A stretch of DNA of 64,000 nucleotides from Gammaproteobacteria bacterium. Lineage in GTDB: Bacteria > Pseudomonadota > Gammaproteobacteria > Eutrophobiales > Eutrophobiaceae. Below are positions 11,499 to 21,381 of this stretch, one piece after another (position 1 is the first letter of the stretch; each line of letters starts with the position of its first letter). Below the pieces are notes generated by a model that was given only the letters and a program-made list of their open reading frames with translations, made no database searches and was not told where the DNA came from. The DNA lies in NCBI GenBank assembly GCA_041689615.1, contig JBDNFW010000039.1, forward strand, positions 104,665 through 168,664, in the 5' to 3' direction. The position numbers and the translations under genes are program-made.

Positions 11499-12576
11499 GA
11501 ATCGCCTCCATACATAATTTTGCAACATCATCTGTCGCAGTTGGTTTTGCAAGTGAACGTGCCTTAACTGCCATTTTTATTAATTGCTCAGGTGCTTGAC
11601 ATAACATTAATAAAAGTTCTTTTAATTTCTTAGTATTCAATTGAACTTCCTGAATTAGAATTGCGGCATCTTCATTTGCTAGATACTTTGCGTTTTCAGT
11701 TTGGTGGTCATCAACCGCATACGGAAATGGAATAAGTATTGAAGCTATACCTGTTGCTGCTAACTCAGCGATTGTTAAGGCACCTGCTCGACAAATAACA
11801 ATATCAGCCCAGGCATAAACCTCTGCCATATCATTGATAAATGGCAGCACTTCCACATTGACGTTGTATTCTTTATAAGCCGCTTCGGTATCAGAAAGAT
11901 GCCGTTCACCGCATTGGTGTTTAATTTCAAATTGATATTCATTGCCTAAAGCAGATAATGTTTGCGGTATCACTTCATTTAATTTCTTTGCACCAAGACT
12001 GCCACCAAGAACCAGTACTTTTAATAAATTTGAATCTCGATTTGCATATCGTTGGTTGGGTTCGGGTAAATTTACAATATCGTTGCGAACAGGATTTCCT
12101 GTGATAGTTAATTTTTTTGATTCTTTAAATGCGCCTGGGAAAGCCGCCATAATAGAAACAGCGAACGGCGCCAATAATCGATTGGTTAAACCTGCTATCG
12201 CATTTTGCTCATGAATAAGTAAAGGTATACGCATCAACCATGCAGCTATACCACCCGGCCCACTGGCAAAACCACCCATACCAAGTACGACGACCGGACG
12301 AACTTTAACCATAATCATTAATGCTTGAACCAAGGCAATTGCAAGCATGAAAGGCGTAAACAATAAACGTAAAATACCATTGCCTCTTACTCCAGCAACA
12401 TTGATTTTCAATAATGGATAACCATGATTTGGAACAACTCTGGCTTCCATTCCCTTGCTTGTTCCTAACCAGAACAATTGAAAACCTTTTTCTTTCAGAT
12501 GATCGGCAACAGCCAATGCTGGATAAACATGTCCGCCTGTACCACCTGCCATGATTAATATATTTTTATCACGCAT
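11491..12576 (-). CDS. murG: Undecaprenyl-PP-MurNAc-pentapeptide GlcNAc transferase
   Basis: MAGGTGGHVYP, HEQNA, GNPVR, GGSLGA, RAGALT; start placed at ATG 12576. Confidence 0.98.
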   Translation of the reverse strand: MRDKNILIMAGGTGGHVYPALAVADHLKEKGFQLFWLGTSKGMEARVVPNHGYPLLKINVAGVRGNGILRLLFTPFMLAIALVQALMIMVKVRPVVVLGMGGFASGPGGIAAWLMRIPLLIHEQNAIAGLTNRLLAPFAVSIMAAFPGAFKESKKLTITGNPVRNDIVNLPEPNQRYANRDSNLLKVLVLGGSLGAKKLNEVIPQTLSALGNEYQFEIKHQCGERHLSDTEAAYKEYNVNVEVLPFINDMAEVYAWADIVICRAGALTIAELAATGIASILIPFPYAVDDHQTENAKYLANEDAAILIQEVQLNTKKLKELLLMLCQAPEQLIKMAVKARSLAKPTATDDVAKLCMEAIHA

Positions 12577-13771
12577 AAATTGGCACCACTTTCGGTATAG
12601 CAAGACGCGTATCTTGTCGATTCTCATATTCAATACGTAACAAAATACCTAACAACATACAGTAAACAATTAAACTGTTACCGCCATAACTCATCAAAGG
12701 TAACGTCAGCCCTTTAGTTGGAAGCACGCCCATATTCACACCAATATTGATGTAAGCCTGTATTCCAATTATCAATCCGATACCATAAGCAAAATATGCA
12801 GCAAAATATTTTTCTACTCGTTCCGCAATATGGCCAATAACAAAGGCACGCCAAACAATAAATGAATATAAAAGTATCATTGTAATACTGCCGAAAAGAC
12901 CTAACTCTTCAGCAAGTACCGAGAAAACAAAATCAGTATGTGCTTCCGGTAAGTAAAATAATTTTTGTACGCTACTACCCAGACCGACACCAAACCAATC
13001 ACCACGACCAAAAGCAATCAAGGCTTGTGTCAATTGAAAACCACTATCATAAGGATCTTTCCACGGGTCAACAAAACTCATCAGACGTTGCATTCGATAA
13101 GGAGAAAGAATAGCCAAAGTAACCAATGCGCTCATAGCCACTGAACCCCAGGCACAAAAGCGGCTTAAAGGAACTCCCGCCATAAATAACATACCTAATG
13201 CGGTAGCAAACAAGACAACGCTTGCACCAAAATCAGGTTCGAGTAATAACAAACCAGAGATTAATGTCAAAACACCTATTGGCCTGATAAAACCTTTAAA
13301 GTCTGTTTGCACAGTTTCACCATGACGAACCAGATAACTGGCAAGATAAGCAATAATGCATAACTTTACCGGCTCTGATGCCTGCAATGAAAATGGCCCT
13401 AATTGTATCCAACGCATACTGCCATTCACTTCTTTACCAACGCCCGGGATTAGAATTAACACTAACAGAAGAATGGCTGCTATTAATAATGTCATACTGC
13501 CCATTTCCCATATGCGCATGGGAATTTTTAAAATAACTAACGCAAGAGACAAACCTATCGCCGCAGAAAAACCCTGCCGCCAGAAATAATGTAACGGGTC
13601 ATCAAATTCTCTGGCAGAAATTGAAATAGAAGCCGATGTCACCATAACCAGACCAATAAAAATGATGAGTAAAGAAATACCCATAAGCCAAAGGTCATAA
13701 CCCACAATCAACTTATTCTTAATATGATAATGTGAAGCTAAAGTTGCTTGTTGTTTATATCGTGCAGACAT
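12569..13771 (-). CDS. ftsW: SEDS peptidoglycan polymerase FtsW
   Basis: Polytopic membrane protein; QASEPVK, EPDFG, LPEAHTDF, PTKGLTLPLMSYGG. Confidence 0.97.
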   Translation of the reverse strand: MSARYKQQATLASHYHIKNKLIVGYDLWLMGISLLIIFIGLVMVTSASISISAREFDDPLHYFWRQGFSAAIGLSLALVILKIPMRIWEMGSMTLLIAAILLLVLILIPGVGKEVNGSMRWIQLGPFSLQASEPVKLCIIAYLASYLVRHGETVQTDFKGFIRPIGVLTLISGLLLLEPDFGASVVLFATALGMLFMAGVPLSRFCAWGSVAMSALVTLAILSPYRMQRLMSFVDPWKDPYDSGFQLTQALIAFGRGDWFGVGLGSSVQKLFYLPEAHTDFVFSVLAEELGLFGSITMILLYSFIVWRAFVIGHIAERVEKYFAAYFAYGIGLIIGIQAYINIGVNMGVLPTKGLTLPLMSYGGNSLIVYCMLLGILLRIEYENRQDTRLAIPKVVPIYA

Positions 13772-15162
13772 CAACAAGCCTCCAATGCGTTCACCGCAGA
13801 AACAAACACATCACCGCGATGCTGGTAATTTTTATACATATCGAGACTGGCGCAAGCAGGTGCAAGTAACACTATATCGCCTGACTCTGCTTGTTGATTA
13901 GCGCGACTAACTGCTTCGTCCATATCAACAACAAACTCATACGGAACTGCCGTTCCAAGAACATCGGCTAACTTATTAGCATCAACTCCAAGCAACAAAA
14001 CTTTCTTTACATGTTGTTTGGCGACAGAAGCTAAACTGGATAAATCAGCACCTTTACTATCACCACCAGCAATCAAAATAATATTGCCCGTGTCACACAA
14101 CCCTTTTATTGATGCGATAGAAGCACCGACATTGGTCGCTTTGGAATCGTTATACCAGCTAACATTATTTATTATTTTAACTAACTGACATCGGTGGTCT
14201 AAACCTTTAAAACTTTTCAATGTTTCAACCATCACACTGACTGGAACATTAACTGAGCTTGCCAGTGCCATTGCAGCCAAAGCATTAGCGACATTATGTT
14301 CGCCTTTAATACCAAGTTCTTTTTGACTGATAATTTTTTTGTCACCCTGACACAAGAAAACTGCACCATCTTCTTTAATAACACCAAAACCATTTCCTGC
14401 CGGTTTAGATAGAGAAAAACTAATGCTTTGTCTTGAATCATCATTCATCGCATTAACGACTTCATCATCTAGATTGATGACCATCAAACCTTGCCCTGAA
14501 TAAATTTTATTCTTGGCGTTAATATAATCATTAAGACTGCTATAACGATCCATATGATCAGGAGAAACATTCAATACCACGCTTGCATGTGCGTTCAGAG
14601 AAAAAGTTGTTTCCAATTGAAAGCTGGACAACTCTAAAACATATACATCAGGAGTGGGTTCGTCTAATAACTCAAGTGCGGGGGTACCCAGATTTCCACC
14701 GACACAGGTTTTCAACCCAGCATTGCGAGTCATCTCTGCGACTAATGTCGTCACTGTACTCTTTCCGTTAGAACCTGAGATCGCAATGATCGGCGCTTTT
14801 GCTTGCTGACAAAATAATTCAATATCGCCGACTACAGGAATACCTTGTTTTATAGCCTGCTTCACACTTTCGTTTTCAAGTGAAATTCCTGGACTTAATA
14901 CGATTTGATCTGATGACAACAAAACTTTCGCACTAATCTCACCAAGATAAACAGGAACTGATTCAAACCCGTTCTTTAATGCCGCTAATTCCGGTGGTTC
15001 ATCTCGACTATCTGTAACAGCAATATTCAGGCCTTGTTTACTTAAGTATCGGACACATGAAAGCCCGGTCTTACCTAGACCAACAATAACCATATCGAAA
15101 TGTAAGTTAGCTTCGTTCATCGTTACCTTTTTCGTCATCATCTTTTCGGCAATACAAAACAA
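13771..15162 (-). CDS. murD: UDP-MurNAc-L-Ala--D-Glu ligase (start may be ATG 15141 or 15120)
   Basis: GLGKTG, GSNGKSTV, ELSSFQL, DHMDRY, NDSKATN. Confidence 0.97.
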   Translation of the reverse strand: MFCIAEKMMTKKVTMNEANLHFDMVIVGLGKTGLSCVRYLSKQGLNIAVTDSRDEPPELAALKNGFESVPVYLGEISAKVLLSSDQIVLSPGISLENESVKQAIKQGIPVVGDIELFCQQAKAPIIAISGSNGKSTVTTLVAEMTRNAGLKTCVGGNLGTPALELLDEPTPDVYVLELSSFQLETTFSLNAHASVVLNVSPDHMDRYSSLNDYINAKNKIYSGQGLMVINLDDEVVNAMNDDSRQSISFSLSKPAGNGFGVIKEDGAVFLCQGDKKIISQKELGIKGEHNVANALAAMALASSVNVPVSVMVETLKSFKGLDHRCQLVKIINNVSWYNDSKATNVGASIASIKGLCDTGNIILIAGGDSKGADLSSLASVAKQHVKKVLLLGVDANKLADVLGTAVPYEFVVDMDEAVSRANQQAESGDIVLLAPACASLDMYKNYQHRGDVFVSAVNALEAC

Positions 15163-15172
15163 GTAATCTTCC

Positions 15173-16255
15173 TCAACGTATCTTTAGACTGGCAAGACCA
15201 ATCAAGACTAGAATCACCGTCACAATCCAGAACCGAACAATAACTCGGGGTTCCGGCCAACCTTTAAGTTCATAGTGATGATGTAACGGTGCCATTTTAA
15301 AAATTCTTTTTCCGGTTAACTTATAGGAGCCGACTTGTAAGATGACTGAAACTGTTTCCATTACAAAAACACCGCTCATAATAAAAAAAGCTAACTCTTG
15401 TCTAACTACAACAGCAATAACACCTAATGCAGCACCGAGTGCAAGAGCTCCGATGTCTCCCATAAAAACCTGTGCCGGATAAGTATTAAACCAAAGAAAA
15501 CCTAAACCTGCTCCGGCAATGGCCCCACAAAAAATAGCCACTTCACCAACACCTGGCACATAGGGAATACCAAGGTATTCTGCAAAACGAACATGGCCTG
15601 TTGCATAAGCAAAAATTGCCAATGCGCCAGCAATTAATACCGTGGGCAAAATAGCCAAACCATCAAGACCATCTGTTAAATTAACCGCATTACTTGAACC
15701 AACAATAACGAAGTAAGTCAACACGACATACAACCAACCCAAATCGAAAACAAACGCTTTAACAAATGGAATAATTAATTGTGTTTCAACTGGAAGCGTT
15801 GCCGTTTGATATAAATAAACTGCAGCACCTAATCCAACAATGGATTGCGCAGCATATTTATATTTTGCACTTAACCCTTTTGGATTGTTGTTAATGACTT
15901 TTTTATAATCATCAATTAATCCAATAATGCCAAACAACAACGTAACTATAGTGACGACTAAAACATAACGGTTGCTAATATCGGCCCAACATAAAGTACT
16001 AAACATAATTGAAATTAGAATTAACAACCCACCCATAGTAGGGGTACCTGATTTCTCAAGGTGCGTTAGTGGACCATCATCTCTGATACTTTGACCGATT
16101 TGATTACTTGTTAAACGTCGTATCAAATAAGGTCCAAAAAGAAATGAAATAAACAAAGAGGTCAACACTCCCAATATTATTCTTAACGTTAAATAACTGA
16201 ATACATTGAAACCACTATCAAACTGAGCAAGATATTCTGTAAGCCAAAGCAACAT
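15173..16255 (-). CDS. mraY: Phospho-MurNAc-pentapeptide transferase
   Basis: [34 protein letters not shown]. Confidence 0.98.
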   Translation of the reverse strand: MLLWLTEYLAQFDSGFNVFSYLTLRIILGVLTSLFISFLFGPYLIRRLTSNQIGQSIRDDGPLTHLEKSGTPTMGGLLILISIMFSTLCWADISNRYVLVVTIVTLLFGIIGLIDDYKKVINNNPKGLSAKYKYAAQSIVGLGAAVYLYQTATLPVETQLIIPFVKAFVFDLGWLYVVLTYFVIVGSSNAVNLTDGLDGLAILPTVLIAGALAIFAYATGHVRFAEYLGIPYVPGVGEVAIFCGAIAGAGLGFLWFNTYPAQVFMGDIGALALGAALGVIAVVVRQELAFFIMSGVFVMETVSVILQVGSYKLTGKRIFKMAPLHHHYELKGWPEPRVIVRFWIVTVILVLIGLASLKIR

Positions 16256-17614
16256 TTATTCTTGTGCCTCCGTCAATGCATTAACTACGCGTTCCATCTG
16301 CATAGCACGCGAACCTTTAACCAACACGACGGAATCTTCATCAAGAAGATTCATCAAAGCTTCATTTAACTCATCATGAGATTCAAAATAAAAAGAATTA
16401 GAACCAAAACCTTGCAAAGTATTAATGCTTAATTTACCTAGCGTAAATAATTTATCGACACCTAACTCCTTGGCCAATTTGCCTGCATCTTTATGAAGCT
16501 GCGCTGCTGTTTCACCTAACTCACCCATGTCTCCAAGAACGAGATAACGATTTCCTTTATATTGACTTAATACTTTTAATGCTGCGTCAAGTGAGGTTGG
16601 GTTTGCATTATAGGTATCATCAATAATGCTAGCGCCTTGCTTCCCGGGTTTTATTTGTAGTCGACCTTTAACAGGTAACATGTTTTCAAGCCCATCTTTT
16701 ATCGTTGCCAAGGGCACGTCAAGATTTAAACAACAGGCAGTTGCAGCAAGTGCATTCATAACATTGTGTTCACCAGGAAGAGGTAATAAAATTTCAATAG
16801 AATTTTGAGCACAACACAATTCAAACTGAATCGAATTACGCCCAGTTAAAATCTTAATGTTTCTTGCAATAACATCTGCCGTATCATTTTTAATTCCGAA
16901 ACTAAACTGATTCAAATGCTCACAAGATTTTCGCCAGAAATCCGCATACTCATCATCGGCATTTATTATTGCTGTACCGGAAGACTGTAAACCTGAATAT
17001 ATTTCTGCTTTTGCTTTAGCAACGCCTTCAATGCTGCCAAAGCCTTCAAGATGAGCAGGCGCGCATTGTGTAATTACGGCAATGTTTGGTCTTGCAATTG
17101 CACTTAACCATTCAATTTCGCCAGGATGATTCGCGCCCATTTCAATAACGGCATATTGATGTTTCTTATCAAGACCAAATAAAGTTAATGGCACACCGAT
17201 GTCATTATTAAGATTGCCAGAGGTTGCGTGCACTTCAGAAATCCTGGATAAAATACTTGTTACCATTTCTTTTACAGTGGTCTTGCCATTGCTACCTGTA
17301 ATCGCCACTAATGGAATTGATAATTCATCACGCCATATTCTGGCAAGCAGCCCCATAGCCTTGCGTGTATTTTCAACTTGCAACAAAGGTTTTGTATGAC
17401 TCACTTCCCGTTCGAGCATTAAAGACGATGCACCATTATTTTCAGCTACTGACACATAATCATGACCATCATAGTTTTCGCCCATTAACGCAATAAATAA
17501 ATTCCCATCTTTAATAGTTCGACTATCTGTACTACAACCGGAAAAAATAATATCTTCACCAATAAAATTGGCATTAATTGCTGCAGCTGCTTTTGAAAGT
17601 GACATACTAATCAT
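16256..17614 (-). CDS. murF: UDP-MurNAc-tripeptide--D-Ala-D-Ala ligase
   Basis: ITGSNGKTTVK, EMGANHPGEI, DDTYNANP, LVKGSR. Confidence 0.98.
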   Translation of the reverse strand: MISMSLSKAAAAINANFIGEDIIFSGCSTDSRTIKDGNLFIALMGENYDGHDYVSVAENNGASSLMLEREVSHTKPLLQVENTRKAMGLLARIWRDELSIPLVAITGSNGKTTVKEMVTSILSRISEVHATSGNLNNDIGVPLTLFGLDKKHQYAVIEMGANHPGEIEWLSAIARPNIAVITQCAPAHLEGFGSIEGVAKAKAEIYSGLQSSGTAIINADDEYADFWRKSCEHLNQFSFGIKNDTADVIARNIKILTGRNSIQFELCCAQNSIEILLPLPGEHNVMNALAATACCLNLDVPLATIKDGLENMLPVKGRLQIKPGKQGASIIDDTYNANPTSLDAALKVLSQYKGNRYLVLGDMGELGETAAQLHKDAGKLAKELGVDKLFTLGKLSINTLQGFGSNSFYFESHDELNEALMNLLDEDSVVLVKGSRAMQMERVVNALTEAQE

Positions 17615-19143
17615 GAGTCACCTTCCGTCAGACGTCTTGCTAATTCACGATCGCTAAATGGCAATAATGTCGAACCAATTTGTTGCGTAGTTTCATGACC
17701 TTTACCGGCAATCAAAATCACATCATCTTTATTTGCATTCAGAAAAGTATTGATAATCGCATCAGAACGATCATATTTAATTATTACTCGATATTTTTCT
17801 TTAATACCTTGCAGAATATTTTCAATAATTTTTTCTTCTGCTTCAGTTCGAGGATTATCATTAGTTAAAACAATTTGATCAGACAATGATTCAGCAATAG
17901 CACCCATTTCTGCACGTTTACCAATATCACGATCTCCGCCGCAACCAAACACACAATATAATTTACCTGCACAGTAAGGACGTAATGAGCTTAAAGCTTT
18001 TTCAAGCGCATCCGGTGTATGCGCATAATCTACGACGAGTAATGGTTTAGGATTATTTATTGACTGGCAAGAAAAATATTCCATGCGTCCAGGAACACCT
18101 GAAAATTCAGATAATGCTTTCGCAACTTTTTCAGCCGACAAACCAGAGACACATAGCGAAGAAAAAGCAGCGAGAATATTTTCAATATTAAATGTGCCTA
18201 ATAAATTAGTTTGTATCGTTACTTGATCCCCAGAATGATTCCAGGGACTTTGTATCGTCAGCTTTGTTTTAAGCTGATCTTTTTCAATTTTTTCACAACA
18301 AACAAATGAAACATTTTTTCTTTTTATCTTTGCTTGAGTAGCTTTCGTTGAATATGCAATTACCTCTAAATTCTCCGGCAATAAATCGATAAGCTCAACA
18401 CCATAAGCATCATCAACATTAACAATGGCATGTTTAAGCCCAAAAGATTTAAACAACTGAAATTTCGCATCAGCATAGTCTTTAAACGTTTTATGATAAT
18501 CAAGATGATCTCGACTTAGATTAGTAAATACGCCAATATCAAATTCAGTACCAGCAACTCTACCTTGATCGAGTGCGTGAGAAGAAACTTCCATCACGAC
18601 AGAATCAACCTTGCCTATCCAACTTGAAAACAGAGAATGCAACTTAACTGGATCAGGCGTCGTTGTATTAGCCGATTCTACTTTTCCAAATGGACCATTG
18701 CCTATCGTTCCAATAACAGCAGATTGCTTACCAAGCATATACAAGACTTGCGCAACCATGTACGAAACTGTTGTCTTGCCATTGGTTCCGGTAACACCAA
18801 TGACTTGCATCTGTTTTGAAGGTTCGTCATAAAATCGACTGATGATGATGCCAGCTTGCTTACGTAAGTTAGCTACTTTTACAATTGGAACTAACATTGA
18901 TTCCAGATTAACTAATTCATCTTCGTCAATCAGAATGGCAATGGCACCAGCACGAATTGCATCATCAATATAATCAACACCGTTAACCACTGTTCCGCGA
19001 TAAGCCATAAACAAATCTCCCGGCTTAACTGTCCTGCTATCAATAGCAACACCCGTCACATTAATTGACGCATCAACATTAGCCGGTTCACTTAAAATTT
19101 CAGATAGTGATTTTGAAAAATTCATTTTTTCAGCCGTCATCAT
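17611..19143 (-). CDS. murE: UDP-MurNAc-dipeptide--meso-DAP ligase
   Basis: GTNGKTT, EVSSH, DYAHTPD, DNPR (meso-DAP specificity), AGKGHE. Confidence 0.98.
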   Translation of the reverse strand: MMTAEKMNFSKSLSEILSEPANVDASINVTGVAIDSRTVKPGDLFMAYRGTVVNGVDYIDDAIRAGAIAILIDEDELVNLESMLVPIVKVANLRKQAGIIISRFYDEPSKQMQVIGVTGTNGKTTVSYMVAQVLYMLGKQSAVIGTIGNGPFGKVESANTTTPDPVKLHSLFSSWIGKVDSVVMEVSSHALDQGRVAGTEFDIGVFTNLSRDHLDYHKTFKDYADAKFQLFKSFGLKHAIVNVDDAYGVELIDLLPENLEVIAYSTKATQAKIKRKNVSFVCCEKIEKDQLKTKLTIQSPWNHSGDQVTIQTNLLGTFNIENILAAFSSLCVSGLSAEKVAKALSEFSGVPGRMEYFSCQSINNPKPLLVVDYAHTPDALEKALSSLRPYCAGKLYCVFGCGGDRDIGKRAEMGAIAESLSDQIVLTNDNPRTEAEEKIIENILQGIKEKYRVIIKYDRSDAIINTFLNANKDDVILIAGKGHETTQQIGSTLLPFSDRELARRLTEGDS

Positions 19144-19394
19144 CCTGGAAATCTCGGTTGAATTCGTTTGAAGGTGCGTTTTTCAAGCTTAGTTGCGCCG
19201 ACTAAAAAGCCGCACATAGCCGTGCTATGTAAGGTTTTTGCTGTCAAGCAAATGAGTTTGAAAAATGTGCCTTTAAATGAATAGACAAATGCATCTAATG
19301 AATATGCTCCTAACACCGAATGACGCCCTAGTGTCATAGACACAGTAATAATTTTGAGTCGGTCAACTGAGAATTTCAGGATCATATTAGTCAT
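19140..19394 (-). CDS. Putative 84-aa bridging ORF reading through the 237-bp insert from the inferred ancestral murE start
   Basis: ATG 19394 overlaps the ftsI stop (ATGACTAA); stop TGA overlaps murE ATG 19143 (ATGA). No known protein family recognised; translation not demonstrated. Confidence 0.4.
   Translation of the reverse strand: MTNMILKFSVDRLKIITVSMTLGRHSVLGAYSLDAFVYSFKGTFFKLICLTAKTLHSTAMCGFLVGATKLEKRTFKRIQPRFPG
19144..19380 (+). mobile_element. 237-bp MITE-like element with 18-bp imperfect terminal inverted repeats, 5-bp flanking direct repeat ATCAT and a 121-nt internal hairpin
   Basis: TIRs CCTGGAAATCTCGGTTGA / TCAACTGAGAATTTCAGG; ATCAT at 19139-19143 and 19381-19385; internal arms 19162-19196 / 19248-19282 around ACATAGC-CGT-GCTATGT. 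Confidence 0.8.
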
Positions 19395-21120
19395 ACCCTA
19401 GTACTTGTTCGGGTTTATGACTGTTCGCCATGATTGGGCTGGTAATCGCCGGCAAATCATCAGGTGGGATATTTAAAATTCGAAATGCGCCTTCCATTAC
19501 TCGTGAAAAAACAGGCGCTGCAACAACACCGCCATAATGACTATCCCCTTTCGGCTCATCAATAAGTATCACCATTGCAAAACGTGGTTGACTTGCAGGT
19601 GCAATTCCGGCGAATACGGAAAGATAACGATCATCAGAATAGCCACCGCGAATATATTTATACACTGTGCCAGTCTTGCCTATAACCCGATAGCCTCTTA
19701 TAGCAGCACGCTTACCTGTACCTTCATCAGACACCACCGTCTCCATCATTTTTCTGACTTGTCTGGCAATGTTTTCCGGTAACACGCGCTTACCTGAAAC
19801 AGTGCCATTAACTTTGATAAATGAAATGGGTACCATCACTCCACCATTTGCCAAAACAGAATATGCCTGCGCAAGTTGTAAAGGTGTAACAGATAGACCG
19901 TAACCAAATGACATGGTTGCCATTTCAACATCCGACCAGGAATTATACGGACTTAAAACACCCGAAGACTCACCAGGAAAAGCGCTACCCGTAGATTGAC
20001 CGAATCCGAATCTGGATAAGGCATCCCAGAATTGTTCCGGTTCAAGTGATAGCGCAATTTTGCTCGCGCCAACATTACTCGACTTCGTAATTACAGTTGA
20101 AACATCAAGTTTGCCATAGTTACGCATATCCCGAATCGTGTGATCACCCACCTTATAAAATCCTGGTGAGGTATCTATTGCTGTATGCGGTTTATAAAGA
20201 CCCGACTCCAATCCTGCTGCCACAGTAAACGGTTTCATTGTTGAACCGGGTTCAAATACATCTGTAATAGCACGGTTGCGATAAAAAAGACTATTTAAGG
20301 TTTCGCGATTGTTTGGGTTGTAAGAGGGTTGACCAACCATCGCCATGACTTCACCGGTTCTAATATCAAGCATCACCAAAGAACCACTTTTCGCCCGGTG
20401 ATATTTAACCGCTGCTGCTAATTCGCGATAAGCTAAATACTGAACACGTCGATCAATACTTAACCTGAGTTCTTTTCCAGGTTCGGAAGACTCAATACTT
20501 TCTATGTTTTCAACAATTCGGTTTAAACGATCTTTCAATACGCGTTTCTTGCCGTTTTTACCACTGAGCCAATCGTTATAAGCCAGTTCTAAACCTTCCT
20601 GACCTTGATCATCAACATTAGTAAAACCGATGACATGAGAAGCAACTTCAGCAGCCGGATAATAACGTTTATATTCACGTTGTGTTGAAACCCCTCTTAT
20701 TCCTAGCTCCTGTACTTTCTTGACTATGTCCGGCGTTGCGTGACGTTTTAAATAAATAAAATCTCGGCTAATACGAGCACGCAAAGTTTCATGAAGATTT
20801 TCGACCGTCATACCCAGAGCTTCCGCCAACTCAGGAAAACGCCCGACATCTTCAAATACTTTTCGAGGCGTCACCCATATTGAATCAACCGGTGTACTCA
20901 TTGCCAGTTGTTCTCCGTTTCGATCAACAATGACTCCACGATGCGAAGGTATATCAACCACACGAATAGAACGGGCATCACCATGCTCTTTGAGAAAATC
21001 ATTATTTAATAATTGTAAATAAACAGCACGCGATGAAAGCACTGCCATGCCACAAAGAAAAAAACTTAACACCAGCCAACGGCGTACGGGATATTGTGTT
21101 TGTACTGTGCGTAATTTCAT
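19387..21120 (-). CDS. ftsI: Peptidoglycan transpeptidase FtsI (PBP3)
   Basis: EPGSTMK (SxxK), SSNVG (SxN), KTGT; N-terminal TM. Confidence 0.98.
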   Translation of the reverse strand: MKLRTVQTQYPVRRWLVLSFFLCGMAVLSSRAVYLQLLNNDFLKEHGDARSIRVVDIPSHRGVIVDRNGEQLAMSTPVDSIWVTPRKVFEDVGRFPELAEALGMTVENLHETLRARISRDFIYLKRHATPDIVKKVQELGIRGVSTQREYKRYYPAAEVASHVIGFTNVDDQGQEGLELAYNDWLSGKNGKKRVLKDRLNRIVENIESIESSEPGKELRLSIDRRVQYLAYRELAAAVKYHRAKSGSLVMLDIRTGEVMAMVGQPSYNPNNRETLNSLFYRNRAITDVFEPGSTMKPFTVAAGLESGLYKPHTAIDTSPGFYKVGDHTIRDMRNYGKLDVSTVITKSSNVGASKIALSLEPEQFWDALSRFGFGQSTGSAFPGESSGVLSPYNSWSDVEMATMSFGYGLSVTPLQLAQAYSVLANGGVMVPISFIKVNGTVSGKRVLPENIARQVRKMMETVVSDEGTGKRAAIRGYRVIGKTGTVYKYIRGGYSDDRYLSVFAGIAPASQPRFAMVILIDEPKGDSHYGGVVAAPVFSRVMEGAFRILNIPPDDLPAITSPIMANSHKPEQVLGYD

Positions 21121-21380
21121 TTCGCTAATAACACCACTGAGCTGTGTTCCGGCATTTTCATATCAAGCTTTGTTCGTGCAAATGATTCAATTCGGTCATT
21201 AATGGCCCAGGTACTTTGTTCAAGTTGCAAACGGCCCCACTCTTCGTTCAGTTGATCGCCTGTTCTTTCTAACGCTTGTAATTCTACAAATAAACGTCGT
21301 GTTTCATGGCGCGCAATGACAACTTGTAATGCCGACAAAAAGATGACGATGTAAAGTCCATAATTTAATATGAATTTCAT
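21117..21380 (-). CDS. ftsL: Cell division protein FtsL
   Basis: TM plus coiled coil, EWGRLQLEQSTW; between rsmH and ftsI. Confidence 0.95.
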   Translation of the reverse strand: MKFILNYGLYIVIFLSALQVVIARHETRRLFVELQALERTGDQLNEEWGRLQLEQSTWAINDRIESFARTKLDMKMPEHSSVVLLAK

Positions 21381-21381
21381 A

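Noticed and set aside
11489-12576. Identical ATGCGTGATA at both the ftsW/murG and murG/murC overlaps
   Set aside because: Largely forced by the ATGnnTGA overlap geometry; too short to imply a mechanism.
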